Shown here in pieces: positions 39,936 through 52,310 of a stretch of DNA of 64,000 nt. The first letter of the stretch is position 1, and each line of letters starts with the position of its first letter. The position numbers were made by a program, and so were the translations under genes. The DNA comes from Eledone cirrhosa (taxonomy: Eukaryota), in assembly GCA_964016885.1 (NCBI GenBank), contig OZ024742.1, forward strand, positions 293,136,001 through 293,200,000, given 5' to 3'. The notes under the pieces are model-generated. The model made no database searches, had not been told where the DNA came from, and saw only the letters and a program-made list of their open reading frames with translations.

Positions 39936-41218
39936 CTAAAACGTTGATATGTTGTGGAAAATCTTGTTGACAGGACAGAAGGTCATTGATGAAAGAAATT
40001 CCAGCAATACCATTGGGACGAAAGCTAATTTTATTACAAAATCTTTTAAAATATTTTCAAAATGATTGCAAAATCATAAGCAGTTTTTCATTACAAATAT
40101 GGAAATGAAAGAGTTAAATTTAAAAGTAACACTTTCAAACAAATGGTTTTGTATTATAGAACCATGGATCGTTTCTGGCAGTTTGGTATCAGAATGGTTA
40201 AGGTTTTGTTTAATCTATAAAATCTATTAATATTTAATAAGTATATTTCCCTATACAAGAATATATATATATAAATCATATAAAAGTATACTTTGTAAGC
40301 ACTCTTAGCCAGAAAGTTAGTCACCAGATTCCCTTAAGCTTTCATATGAAGCATATATGAGTGTTAGGTGTAATGTTGACACATAATTAGCCACACCTCT
40401 TTGACCACTTCAATGAGTCAACAGAATAGGAAAGTAAGGAAAATTATTGATATGTACTTCAGAATTGTTTTTCTTTTATCTTATGTGGACTTAGAATTTG
40501 TACATTTGATGTGAAGCTTTGATGCAAATAATACTATTTATCACAAAAGCAGTATGGTTTTATTTGAAATACAAGCCATTATTTATTTAGCAATATGCCA
40601 TAATTCCCATATAAATTTCCTTTTACTTTTGCAGTATTAACAGTAATTGGTGTTTATAGCAAATATATCGATAAAATAATGTCATTTATCTATATCTAAA
40701 TCAGCCAACTCCTTAATTCTTTTGTACCAGTTCTGTTTTTTGGGTATTTTACTGCCTCAATCCAGGATTACATTTTAATTTTTGCATTTTCCAAAAATTA
40801 TTAAAAGTAGAATAAAAGAGATATTTTGATCAAATTTGCTTTGTCTGGACTTGTGCTTCGGATACTAAACTAAAATATACTTTGGCACACATGGAATACT
40901 CATATATAACAGAGACCATGAAAAAGGATTGAGTATTACCTTTCTTCCTGACTAATTAAAAAAAAAAAATTTTTTACACCAAGTTATAGAAGTAGCCATA
41001 CAACTCTAATCATTAGAAATATAGTGAACCAATAACTGACCTGTTAGTAGCCTTTAATCAATGACACTATTAGTTATAAATTATAATATAAATTGAATAC
41101 TAAAAAAATAAGTCACCATCTAACAAGATACTGGTAACATGATAAATCATATTAGGAACATAATTATTTTTCTTTTTACTATTTAGCCAGGGAGAGAGGG
41201 CAGTGTTTGTGACCCATT

Positions 41219-41447
41219 TTAACCCTTTAGCATTTAAATTGGCTGTATCCGGTCAGAATTCTCTCCCCTCTTTCTGTTCAAACTGGCCATAACTGGCCAC
41301 TTATACTTATGTTAAGTTATTGTTCTCAAAATAAATAATATCTAAATCTCATAGATTCGATAATTTGTGGGATAATTATGTGAAATAAAGTGTTTACCAT
41401 GAAAATATAATAGTAAATATATAGTTATGTGAATGCTAAAGGGTTAA
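41219..41447. mobile_element. MITE family A
   Basis: TTAA-CCCTTTAGCATT...AATGCTAAAGGG-TTAA, perfect 12-bp TIRs. Confidence 0.9.
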
Positions 41448-41940
41448 GGCTCCAAAACTGGTTGGAAGATGGAAGGGATATTCAAACTTGAGACATGCTG
41501 GAAGTCTTGGGCATCCTCAAATCAGAGACCTGGCCTATATGCTTGTAACAAAGCAAACTCCACTAAAGGAACCCAATAACCAGAAAGTGGTGTTAAACTG
41601 GGTGCCAGGTTAAGTCTATGATCCCATGTAGGCCACAGCAGGATTTCAACTCAGAACTGAGAGTTGAAACATGTAGTACAAGTCTCAATAATTCCACCAC
41701 TCTAACAATTCCACTAATCCATCATCCTACAGTGGTACTTTATTTTATTGAGCCTGAATGGGTGAATAGCAAACTTGGCCTTAGTAAGATTTGAACTCAG
41801 AACACAGAGAGCTGGATCAAACACTACAAGGAATATTAACTGATACTTTAACCATTCTGTCAATTATCCATCAAAGGTTGGTACTTTATTTTGTCTGCTT
41901 AAAAGTATAGAAGTATAGGTATGGGGTGGTGGAATAAGCA

Positions 41941-42110
41941 CGGAGGCATGTGGCCTAGTGGTAAGGGTGTTGTTGTACTTATGATCATAATGTTGTGGGT
42001 TCAATTCCTGGGCTGGGCTGTGTGTTGTGTTCTTGAGCAAAACACTTCATTTCCCATTGCTCCAGTATACTCAGCTGAAAATGAGTACCAGTAATAGCTG
42101 GGGGTTTAAC
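41941..42110 (+). mobile_element. tRNA/CORE-like SINE
   Basis: GGAGGCATGTGGCCTAGTGG (A box), GGTTCAATTCC (B box) and a CORE-like block; relatives at ~11580-11765 (-) and ~36100-36300. Confidence 0.7.
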
Positions 42111-42253
42111 TCTGCGATGGATTGAAATAAGCAGGTGGTTTGGAAAATCGGTAATTTTTCTAAGTTGTCTGTTGATTTTTTTAAAAACCATTACATTTTT
42201 TGTTATGTACAATGTTTTTTTAAGAAAATTAATTGTTAGAGGAATGCTACCAC

Positions 42254-42487
42254 TTAACCCTTTAGCATTTAAACCAGGTAGATCTGGTCACAATTCTCTC
42301 ACCTCTTTCTGTTCAAACCAGTCATAACTCGCTGCTCATACTGACGTTAAGTTATTGATCTCAAAATAAATAATCAAATATCAAAATCTTGTAGATTCGA
42401 TATTATGTGAGATAATTATGTGAGGTAAAGTGTTTACTATGAATATACAATTGTAAATATAGAGTAATGTGAATGCTAAAGGATTAA
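42254..42487. mobile_element. MITE family A with a paralogous empty site at ~9585-9612
   Basis: GGAATGCTACCAC[TTAA...TTAA]AATAAAATT here versus uninterrupted GGAATGCTACCACTTAAAATAAAATT at ~9585. Confidence 0.9.
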
Positions 42488-43104
42488 AATAAAATTTCAC
42501 TGGAGATAGATTAGCAAAATTTAATAACCGTGATGTGGGGGTGGTTGGAATAAGAGTGGGAAGATTGGAAAAAATCTAAAAATTTAATGAGCCGGGGAGG
42601 GGATTATTCGAGACTCAAGAGTACTTGCAGGTATTTGCCAGAATAAATGCCACACAAATTACAAGTCCACCAGACCACTGCCCTAAACTGGTACTTTATT
42701 TTATCAAACTGAGAGGGACGAATGGACAGTGAGTCAGAACAAGTACCACAAGGCATCTCATTTGACACACTAAAGATTCCATCAAAATACCATCCTAGAC
42801 TGGTACAGTAGTTTATCAAGCCTGAAAGGAAGAAAGGCAAAGCTGACTGGTAGGATTTGAACCCAGAGTACAGAGAAACAGAATAAAAAATACTGCATGG
42901 CACATCCTATGTTCTATGTTCTAATCACTGTTAATTCTCCACCCAGAGAGGGGGGGGGGTAAATTGATAGATAGATAGAGTGTGTGTGTGAGAGAGAGAG
43001 AGGAAGTGAGAGAGAGAGAGAGAGAGAGAGATAGATAGATAGAGAGAGAGAGAGATGTCCTATGCTCTACTAGTGACTCTGTTAATGCTCCTCCTTGATA
43101 GATA

Positions 43105-43513
43105 TGTTTCTTTATTAGCCACAGGGGCACAAAAGAAGGGGACAAATACAAAGGGGGAAGTTTACATACAATAAAAACGTGTAAAATGTTATCACAAATG
43201 CAATTTAAAAAATTAGTCGATTTTCCCCAATAGGGGGAGACAGTTTATATGGGTAACACATACCCCCGAAAAAATGTGCAACCCTCATCTCCAGGAGTAC
43301 GAAGAGTTTGTACTCCTTTCCTCTCCTCCTCCTTTTCCTCAACCTACAGGCTGATATAGAGAGAAGGCCCATTCACTCGGGCCATTCTCGCCACTTTCAC
43401 CCACCTTTCATAAAACTTGCTGGGGTACAGCACCTCTCTCTCCATCCTGATTCTTCTTCCATAGTGGTATTTGAAAAAAAGAGATAGATAGATAGATAAA
43501 TAGATAGATAGAT

Positions 43514-43568
<55 letters not shown>

Positions 43569-43607
43569 TCCTATGCTCTACTAGTGACTCTGTTAATTCT
43601 CCTCCTT

Positions 43608-43644
<37 letters not shown>

Positions 43645-44100
43645 ATAGATATATTTCTTTATTAGCCACAGGGGCACAAAAGAAGGGGACAAATACAAAG
43701 GGGGAAGTTTACATACAATAAAAACGTGTAAAATGTTATCACAGATGGAATTTAAAAGTTAGTCGATTTTCCCCAATAGAGGGAGACAGTTTATATGGGT
43801 AACACATACCCCCAAAAAGAAATGTGCAACCCTCATCTCCAGGAGTACGAAGAGCTTGAGATAAATAGATAGATAGATAGATAGATAACTTTCTATTTAT
43901 TTACCACCAGGGCATCAAAGATTGGGACAAATACAAGGGGGGGAGTTTACATACATTTCAAAGGACGTGTAAAAACATATAACAAATCAAATTCAACAAT
44001 CGAAGTCTTCAATGGGGAGTGGGCGTTGACGTGGGTCGCACACACCCCCGAAAAAAATGTGCAACCCTCCTCCTCAGGAGCACAAAGAGCGGGTGCATAG
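43105..44100 (-). mobile_element. Stacked Tx1 3'-end fragments separated by (GATA)n/(GA)n
   Basis: 3'UTR-like units at ~43108-43470, 43655-43855 and 43890-44095; 43050-43307 is duplicated at 43560-43855. Confidence 0.7.
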
Positions 44101-47100
44101 ATAGATAGATATCTTTCTTTATTTGCCATAGGGGCGTACAAAAATGGGACATTACAAGACGTGACGGCGGGGGTTTTACATAAAAATAACTTTAACATTA
44201 ATAAATAACAATAAACTATATATAATAAAATAACAATTGAAATCCCCAATAGGAGGGAACGTTACTGTAGGGTTGTTTTACACCCCGTGTATAGAACAAC
44301 CCTCAACACCAGGAACACGTTTTGTAAGTGTTCCTGTCTTCTCTATGTTTATCTTCCTCAGCCTACAGGTTTATATACAAAGAAGGCCCATTCACTTGGG
44401 CCATTTTTGCCACATTCACCCACCTTTCAGCGAATTTACTGGGGTGTAGCACCTCTCTCTCCATTCTCACTTTCCTTCTGAAGTGATACTTAAAGAAGGG
44501 GATAAGTTGTTGTCCGGAGAGAAAGGTCTTTGCCCTCAGTCCTTTTAACCTCGTCCACCATATTACCTCTTTCGCCATAGCCACCAGACAGAGGAAAACC
44601 GCCTCTCCTTCGTTCTTAAATGAAGGCGGTGGGGTGATCCTCACGATGGACTCGGCTGACAACTGGATGCGTCCCACACGTGACAGCAGCTGTTCGACAT
44701 AATTCCACAGGTCGGTCACCCCTGGGCGCTGAACAATTGCGTGCAGAACGGTTTTGATGTCCTGCTTGCATCTTGGACAGGTCCTTTTGGCAGGATCTCT
44801 GCCAGGGCGTCCGTACCTGTAAATTTTGTCTCGAACTGGTAGAGCTCCTCGGCAGCACTGCCAGGCCAGAGACCTCTGGAAGTTATCGATAGGCCCTGGA
44901 CGGAAAGTCCTCCCGAACAGACTGGTCAGTTCGTCCTCCTCGATGCCTAGAGTTTTCCCGAGAACGTTGTTGCACTTATCCTCCACTAATCCCCTATAGA
45001 ATGTCGAAGTAGAGTCTCCGCTGATTGCCGTTTCCACTTGGTAGAGGGCTGTGAGCACCTGTAGGCACTTGAGGTGCCAGGCACCCATTTTTGGTCTTCG
45101 CTTGACCCAGGACTGCAGCTCTGTTAGTGAGACGAGTTGTGGAAAAGCTTGTCTCACAAACGACAGCCACACGGGTTCACCGGTCAGGAATACCTGGAGA
45201 TGGCATAGTCTCAGCGCATGTTTGCGCATCATCAGCCACGGCATACCCAGCCCTCCGTTAGAAGGGCGTTGACAGCAGATGGATCTCCTCACCAATGGAG
45301 CCTGTTTCGTCCAGAGGAACTTGAAGAGTAGGCATTCCATTTTGGTAAGGTATTCGCGGAGGCAAGGCACAACTGTCAAGCGGTAGTAGATGACGGCCGC
45401 TATGTAAGTGTTCGCCACCTCCGCTCGACCTTTCAAGGAGAGTTTGCACTCAGCCCACTTCTGAGTTATGTCATTGGCATAGGCTGACGCTGCTTTCCGC
45501 AGTCCTGGTTCGATCGGGATGCCCTGCAACAGCTCTAATTTCCGCAGTAACGGCTCGAGAGTCAGTACATACAGAATGGAGGAGAGAGGGCATCCCTGAC
45601 GGATGGAATGCATGATTTGGAATGGCTCTGATAGGTAGCCATTCATCTTGACTGCCGAGCAGATGCTGGTGTGCATGGCAGCGATCCAGCCTCTGAAGAC
45701 GGGGCCGAAGCCGGCTGTCTTGAGAACTGCTTCCAAGTATTGATGGTCGACCCTATCAAATGCCTTAGACTGATCTAAATTGATCAGAGCCCCACCAAAG
45801 CCAGGTTTACGTGTATGGACCTGGTCAGGATTGCACACGTTTGGGCTTCACCTACCAGGCTCTCGACGACAAGCGCCAGCCTTGCTGCTAACATTTTGGC
45901 CAAAATCTTTAACTCTGTGTTGTGAAGGGTTATGGGCCTGAAATTGCTTATCTCAACCCCCTTGTTCTCATCTTTCCTGATCAGCATTACTACACCTCTG
46001 CTTACAGAACTGGGAATCCTCCCGTTCTGCTGCCAGTTGCAGTAGACCGCTTCGAGGATGCCAGAGAACAAGTCTGGCATGCCTATGTAAAACTCATAGG
46101 GTAAACCATCTAAACCGGGTTATTTGCGTTTCCCGCAGCGGCCTAGGGCATCTTCTATTTCTCCTGCTGTGATCGGCCTTTCGCAGCTCTCCGCATCTGT
46201 GCTCGAGAGTCGTGGTACGCCATCGTGGTAGGAGCTGAAGTCCATCACCTCGCTCGATGTACCGCTTTGCCCGAACAGTTGTGCAAAATGCTGCTGGAAC
46301 GCCGCACACATCTGCTTGGATTCAAGTATAATGCGTCTATCTTTGTCTTGCAAAGACCGAATTGTGGATTGGTTGCCACTTTTCGCCTCTGCCACGCGGG
46401 CCCAGCTAATAGCTTTGGCTCCCTCGTTTCTTAGAGCACGTGTTCTACTTCTGATAATACAACCTTCGTGTTTCACGTTGAAGAGCTGGTCTAGTGCCGT
46501 TCTCGCTGCTAGCATGTCAGCTGTACTGCCATTCCTAAGTGCCTCTTCTATTTTAGCTACCAGTTCCTTTTCAGTTTTGTTTTTTTCTAAAGCTACTTCC
46601 TTGCTAAATGCTTTTGATTCTATTCTAATTGCTCTCTTGAGAGAGCTCCACCACCTGTTGTTGACGATCGCCCCCGTCAACTGGCACTTAACTAAGGTGC
46701 TAATCCGTTTACTGTAGGCCTTACGTGCCGGCAGCGACATGTTTAGCTTCCAGTATCCGGGTCCCTGTCTATGTATTCTATCAAGGTTGACTACGCAGGT
46801 GACTAATTTGTGGTCTGAATAGGCAACCATGTGCATTGTGGACAGCTTAATGTTTCCTTATCATTCTGTCTAATTAAAACTGTATCTAAATACGATCTAG
46901 AAGACCCAGTGCGGTTGCTCCACGTCCACAGTGGTGCACTTGGGAAGTCTAGTCGATATCTATCAGCCAGTTGGAATTGGCTGATGAGATTTTTGAGGCT
47001 ATTAGACCCCCCCCCCTCTATTATCACAAGTTCCTACATAGTCCCAACGTGCGTCTAAGATGCCATTCCAGTCCCCCGCTAACACTAAGGAGCGAGACGT

Positions 47101-47995
47101 TCCCAGGAATGGCTTCAGACGCTTGAAGAACTCTGGTCGCGATGTCCCAGTCGGGGCATATACGGCCACCAGTCTGAAAGCTCCACCTTCACTACCATTC
47201 ATGTCCAGGACCACCAGGCTGCCCTCCGGGTCCAAGTGAATCGTCTGTATTTTGAGATCCAAGTTTTTTCGAAACAGAACAGCAACTCCCCCTCCACCCC
47301 CTTCCATACTGTTTACCTCTTTGGAGGTATGCCACGTCTGGCTTGATGTCTTTTAGTGCAGCTTTGATAGTGCTTGTTGGGAGCGTTATGGGTTTTTTGG
47401 TAGTGATGTCAACTGTTCTATAAATTAGCTTCTTTTTCTGTGTCATTTCTCTTACTTGTGGGGGTATGTGTGTGTGCGGGGTGTCGTCTCCCTCAAACGT
47501 CACAGAGTTGGAAGGTTCTTCCAAATATTGGGACTTTTGGGAAATGTCCATGGAGTAGTATTTAAAATCCTGTTGCTTAGCAACTGTTGCTGCAAATGAA
47601 ATTTTGTTATTGTTGTTGTTGGTGGTGATGATGGCCTCATTCGTTGTGTTGCCACTGATTCTTTTTGTTGTGTTGTTGTTGTTGGTTGTGGTGGTATTAG
47701 TGTTTGCTACACATACTTCCTTCTGTGTGTGGATACATGTGACGTTTGTGACGTAAGGCGTGTTCAGTTGCTTACAAGCAGCTGAAGCTTGTTCCTCTTC
47801 TAAATGTTGAGGCGATAATGTTGGCATTCCTTTGTCTATGTCTGCTACTACCTGCTGGTCAAGTAGGCATAGCTTTCCCTTCCAATCTTCTTGTTTTGAT
47901 AAAAAAAAGTAGGTGCCTTTGCTTCAGCCATTTTTTTTAATTTGAAGTGCTTTGCAAACATTTTTTTGAAAATATTTTGGATGTTTTTGCCCTGA
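44101..47995 (-). mobile_element. Tx1/L1-clade LINE with internal deletions: ORF1 remnant plus ORF2 (APE-RT-zf-RVT)
   Basis: ORF1 47305-47931; APE (GVAVLF, VAVYAP, LAGDWN, SYLD, YSDHK, YWKLN); RT (NFRPITL, LDQSKAFDRVDH, IRQGCPLS, AYAND); C-terminus (GGLGMP, CPRC) ending at 44363; then 3'UTR, AATAAA and (TATC)n. Confidence 0.93.
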
Positions 47996-48004
47996 GGAGC
48001 ACAA

Positions 48005-48044
<40 letters not shown>

Positions 48045-48047
<3 letters not shown>

Positions 48048-48353
48048 TAAAGAAAAGCGAAGTAGTTTCAGATGTTCAAATCCTTTAATAATAATGCTGT
48101 GATATATATTTCAGTGACGACACTGGCCACACTGTTCTGTGTGCGAGTGTCGTGTCATCATCTGATGATGACACGACACTCGCACACAGAACATTGTGGC
48201 CAGTGTCGTCACTGAAATATATATCACAGCATTATTATTAAAGGATTTGAACATCTGAAACTACTTCGCTTTTCTTTATACGATATTTACTCCGTCACTC
48301 CTATGTGGAAAAAGTACGTTGAGTGCTTGAATTGAATTGCATCAATATTTACC

Positions 48354-48357
<4 letters not shown>
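48045..48357 (+). mobile_element. Fold-back element in (TA)n: 118-bp arms plus hammerhead core plus tail
   Basis: 48045-48162 and 48164-48281 are reverse complements with one mismatch and a 1-nt loop; unique tail 48282-48357; (TA)n on both sides. Confidence 0.85.
48162..48230 (+). ncRNA. Minimal type-I hammerhead motif, 5' strand of stem I lost at the fold-back point
   Basis: CUGAUGA-[..ACGACACU...AGUGUCGU..]-GAAA-UAUAUA-UC-ACAGC. Confidence 0.6.
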
Positions 48358-48399
<42 letters not shown>

Positions 48400-48400
48400 T

Positions 48401-48457
<57 letters not shown>

Positions 48458-48465
<8 letters not shown>

Positions 48466-48558
48466 TGCCCCTCGTTATTGAGTATGGCCATTGCACGAGG
48501 AGAAAGGAAAAAAAAAAAATAATAATAATAATAAATAAATAAAAAAAAAAAATTTAAA

Positions 48559-48597
<39 letters not shown>

Positions 48598-50138
48598 CAT
48601 ACATATACACACACACACACACATACTCACACACATATACACACACATACATTAATAACAATAATAATAATAATAATAATAACAACAATAATAATAATGA
48701 CAACAACAATAATAATATACATATACATATATATATACACACACACGCACACACATAAGCATATCTACACACACACACACGATAGCAACTAACAGCACTG
48801 CGATCCAATGTGGCTTTTTAGCCCAGCCAATGATCTAAAATGTCTTGCACAGAGTCGGCAACCAAAACATTTACTGGGAATAGTCGGCTGTGGTTGGAGT
48901 TCGTGTACTTTTGCATGTCGCTTGAGCCCTCCTGCTGATTTACATTCTCTACCACACGTTTGGCAAGCATGATGAGTAGCATCTCCAACAGCAGCCTGGT
49001 GGTCAACCACTGGTCTTACTTTATGACTGCGAAGATGACTTTCGAGTCCAGCTTTGTTTAGGCAGAGTCTCGCACAGACGCTGCATGTCAGCACCATAGG
49101 AGAACCCTCGCCGTCTGGAAGTGCAACAGCAATGCCCTTCCTCACATCCCGCTTTACTTTCTCGTATGCGATTCGAGATGCCTCAAAGGCAACTTTTCCC
49201 TCATATACAGTCTTTCTCCATTTATTACGATCAGCAGCAATATTTTCCCATGTATCAGCAGAGATGTTAGCGTCTTCCAAAAAGGCTTTCAAGGAATCGT
49301 TATACCTCTTTTTTGGTTTATGTGGCGGTCGTTTTCCTTTAACCAACTCTCCAGAAAAGAGTTGTTTTGGTATTCTAGAATCCTTCATCCTGGCAAGGTG
49401 ACCACTCCAACGGAGTCGTTGCTTAAGCACAAGAGCTTCTATACTGTCACATATAGAGCTTTCCAAAATCTCGACATCACTGGTGTGGTCCCTCCAGTGA
49501 ACGTGATGGATCCGTCTGAGACACATCTGATGGAAACGCTCCAATTGCTTAAGGTGGTGTCGATATGTGACCCAGGTCTTGCAGGCATAAAGAAGACAAG
49601 AGAGCACACATGCCCTGTACACCTTTACCTTTGTCCTCCTGCATATGTCTCGCCGACCCCAGAGTTGCCTTTCTAGCTTTCCGAAAACATCACTTGCTTT
49701 CCTAATCCTAAGTGAGATTTCATTATCAAGGTTGCTGTATCGATTGACAGTGCTTCCCAGGTAGACAAACTGATCAACCACTCCAAGTCGTTTGCCATAC
49801 ACATAGATGTTTGGTTCAGTGTACTCCTTACCAGAGGCAGGTTGGTACATGACAACGGTTTTCTTGAGACTGACAGTCAGACCAAGGGCAGTGCAAGCAT
49901 CAGAAAATGCATTCAAAATGTGCTGCATATCACTCTCTGTGTGCGCTACAAGATCGCAATCATCTGCATACAAGAGGTCTCTTATGATTGATGTAAATAC
50001 TTTTGTCTTCGCAGCAAAGCGCCTGATGTTAAATATGCTGCCTGAGGTTCGATATCGGATGTAAACACCATGCTCGCAATTCCTGAATGCAATACAGAAA
50101 ACCATTGCAAAGTATATGGCAAACAGGGTCGGTGCTGG
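48458..50138 (-). mobile_element. 5'-truncated RTE (BovB-like) LINE with C-terminal C2H2 zinc fingers
   Basis: Open frame 50138-48789: APTLF, DLLYADD, FVYLGS, LERFHQMCLRRI, RLRWSGHLARM, RIPKQL; three CxxC...H fingers (CSVC..HLRSH, CQTC..HAKVH, CRLC..H). A 3'UTR remnant lies at 48458-48500, separated by microsatellites. Confidence 0.9.
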
Positions 50139-50373
50139 AATATATATATAAGTATGTATACGTACATACATAAATGTATACGTACATACATATATGTATA
50201 CAGACGTACAGTAGTATGTATATATATATACATACATGCACACATATATATATGTACGTTTGGATTCACTGAACATTTATTATAATGCTCGGTGTGTTTG
50301 TAAACAAACATCCTGTATTAAGCCGTAGTGTCTAGCAACCATCGTTGCTCATTTGTTCAACACTGACAAAGGG

Positions 50374-50416
50374 ACGCTGTACTAGTTTCAAGCTTATTAG
50401 CTATCGTCAGCAACGT
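50374..50416 (-). ncRNA. Minimal type-I hammerhead ribozyme
   Basis: ACGUUG-CUGACGA-U-AGCU-AAUA-AGCU-U-GAAA-CUAG-UA-CAGCGU: 6-bp stem I, 4-bp stem II, palindromic ACUAGU stem III and a GUA cleavage triplet. Confidence 0.8.
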
Positions 50417-50757
50417 ATACCTTCCTGCCAGATGATTGAACGTCTGAAAGTATATACTTTCCTTATGCATATTAACGGCTGAGCAGCCCAATTTGCATAT
50501 CGAGTGGGTTAATCGGCCGGGTGCACCGAAAACGATAAACGGAAAAAATGAAACGAAATTTCATTTCCCACTCTTAGTACGGCTGTTACTTAAATGTATA
50601 CGTACATACATATATGTATACAGATGTATACATATATATATGTGTGCATGTATGTATATATATATACATACTACTGTACAAATTGGGCTACTCAGCCGTT
50701 AATATGCATAAGGAAAGTATATACTTTCAGACGTTCAATCATCTGGCAGGAAGGTAT

Positions 50758-50800
50758 ACGTTGCTGACGATGGCTAATAAGCTTGAAACTAGTACAGCAT
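50758..50800 (+). ncRNA. Minimal type-I hammerhead ribozyme (second copy)
   Basis: ACGUUG-CUGACGA-U-GGCU-AAUA-AGCU-U-GAAA-CUAG-UA-CAGCAU. Confidence 0.75.
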
Positions 50801-51163
50801 TCCTTTGTCAGTGTTGAACAAATGAGCAACGATGGTTGCTAGACACGACGGCTTAATACGGGTTGTTTGTTTACAAACACACCGAGCATTATAATAAATG
50901 TTCGGTGAATCCATACGTACATATATATATGTGTGCATGTATGTATATATATATACATACTACTGTACGTCTGTATACATATATGTATGTACATATACAT
51001 ACTTATATTTAAGTAACAGCCGTACTAAGAGTGGGAAATGAAATTTCGTTTCATTTTTTCCGTTTATATATATATATATATATATCTAAGCAGGGAAAAG
51101 CAGACGTAAAATGAAATGATGATGATGATGATGATATATATATATCATCATCATCATCATTTA

Positions 51164-51345
51164 TGTAGAAATGAGATGATAGGGACCCCAGTCCCTATCA
51201 TTCCACTGTGGAGGTGCCACGGCAAAAAAGCACCCAGCACTCACTGTAAATGAGGTTGGTGTTAGGAAGGGCATCCAGCTGTAGAAATCAAGCCAGAATC
51301 AGTTCCCGTCCAACCCTTGCAAGCAGGGAAAAGCGGACGTGATGA
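51164..51345 (+). mobile_element. 3' half of the RTE-tailed SINE
   Basis: Nearly identical to the reverse complement of 18975-19170. Confidence 0.8.
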
Positions 51346-51774
51346 TAAATATATATATATATATATGTATATATTTAGTGAGAGAGAGAGAGAGAGAGAC
51401 AGAGAGAGAGACTTATACATTTAAAACCTACATAGCTCTATTTATTTAATCTTTTAGAATCTTGCCCTGTTGTCTAACTGCTTCCTTCATGGCATTTGAA
51501 AAATAACATATGTACATCTAGCACCAAATGTTTTTATTTCCATTGAGACTTTGAGATTTTATATAGAATAACATTAATAACTGTTTTCATAGTGGTTTTG
51601 TTTGTCTGCTTCTGAAATTTGGATATGTCTCAAAGATTAATAAAATTTATTGTTTGTTGTTGTTGTTATCTTTTTTTTTGCTTTTACTTTTATGTTTTAT
51701 TATTTCTGAGCTAGAACCATTTACTCCTGTAATGGCCACTGGTGCTGCTACCACTGCTGCTGCTGCTGCTGCTG

Positions 51775-51814
<40 letters not shown>

Positions 51815-52310
51815 ACTGTAATGTGGTTGGCATTAGGAAAGGCATTCAACCATAGAAAACTAGTCCAAAACAGCATATGAGCAAGATATTGTCATCTGAC
51901 CTGTGACATCATGTGACATGTGACAGACTAAATGAGGATGATGATGATGATGATGATGATGCGGAGGAGGAGGATATCAGATCTATTAGTAAACAGAAAA
52001 AAATTCCAAATGTTAAATAAATGTTTAAGTTCCTCCTGAAACTGTATTAGTAATTTAAACAATGGAACACATAAGAAGCATGTAGTAAAATTGAGATATA
52101 TGTTTTACTTTTGCAAAGGATATTACAATGCATATTAGCTATAAGAATGCTGAATAAAACCAATGATATGATCCCTTGAGATGGAAAAAAAAGTAGACAG
52201 AATTGTCAATAGGAAACAAACCAGGGCTCTGACAAAGCTAGAAGGCTGTATGACCACTATGCATGAAATTATGTCCACTTATTTATTTTATATATATATA
52301 TATATATATA

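Larger units (their letters stand above)
50145..51067. mobile_element. Inverted pair of a ~420-nt hammerhead-bearing unit in (TA)n (retrozyme/PLE-pLTR-like)
   Basis: 50145-50495 is the reverse complement of ~50680-51007; 50535-50595 is the reverse complement of ~51007-51067; a 34-nt direct repeat occurs at 50171 and 50591. Confidence 0.8.

Noticed and set aside
50139-50276. N-terminal part of ORF 48789-50276 as RTE protein
   Set aside because: RT homology stops at ~50138; the upstream codons come from the (TA)-rich hammerhead unit.
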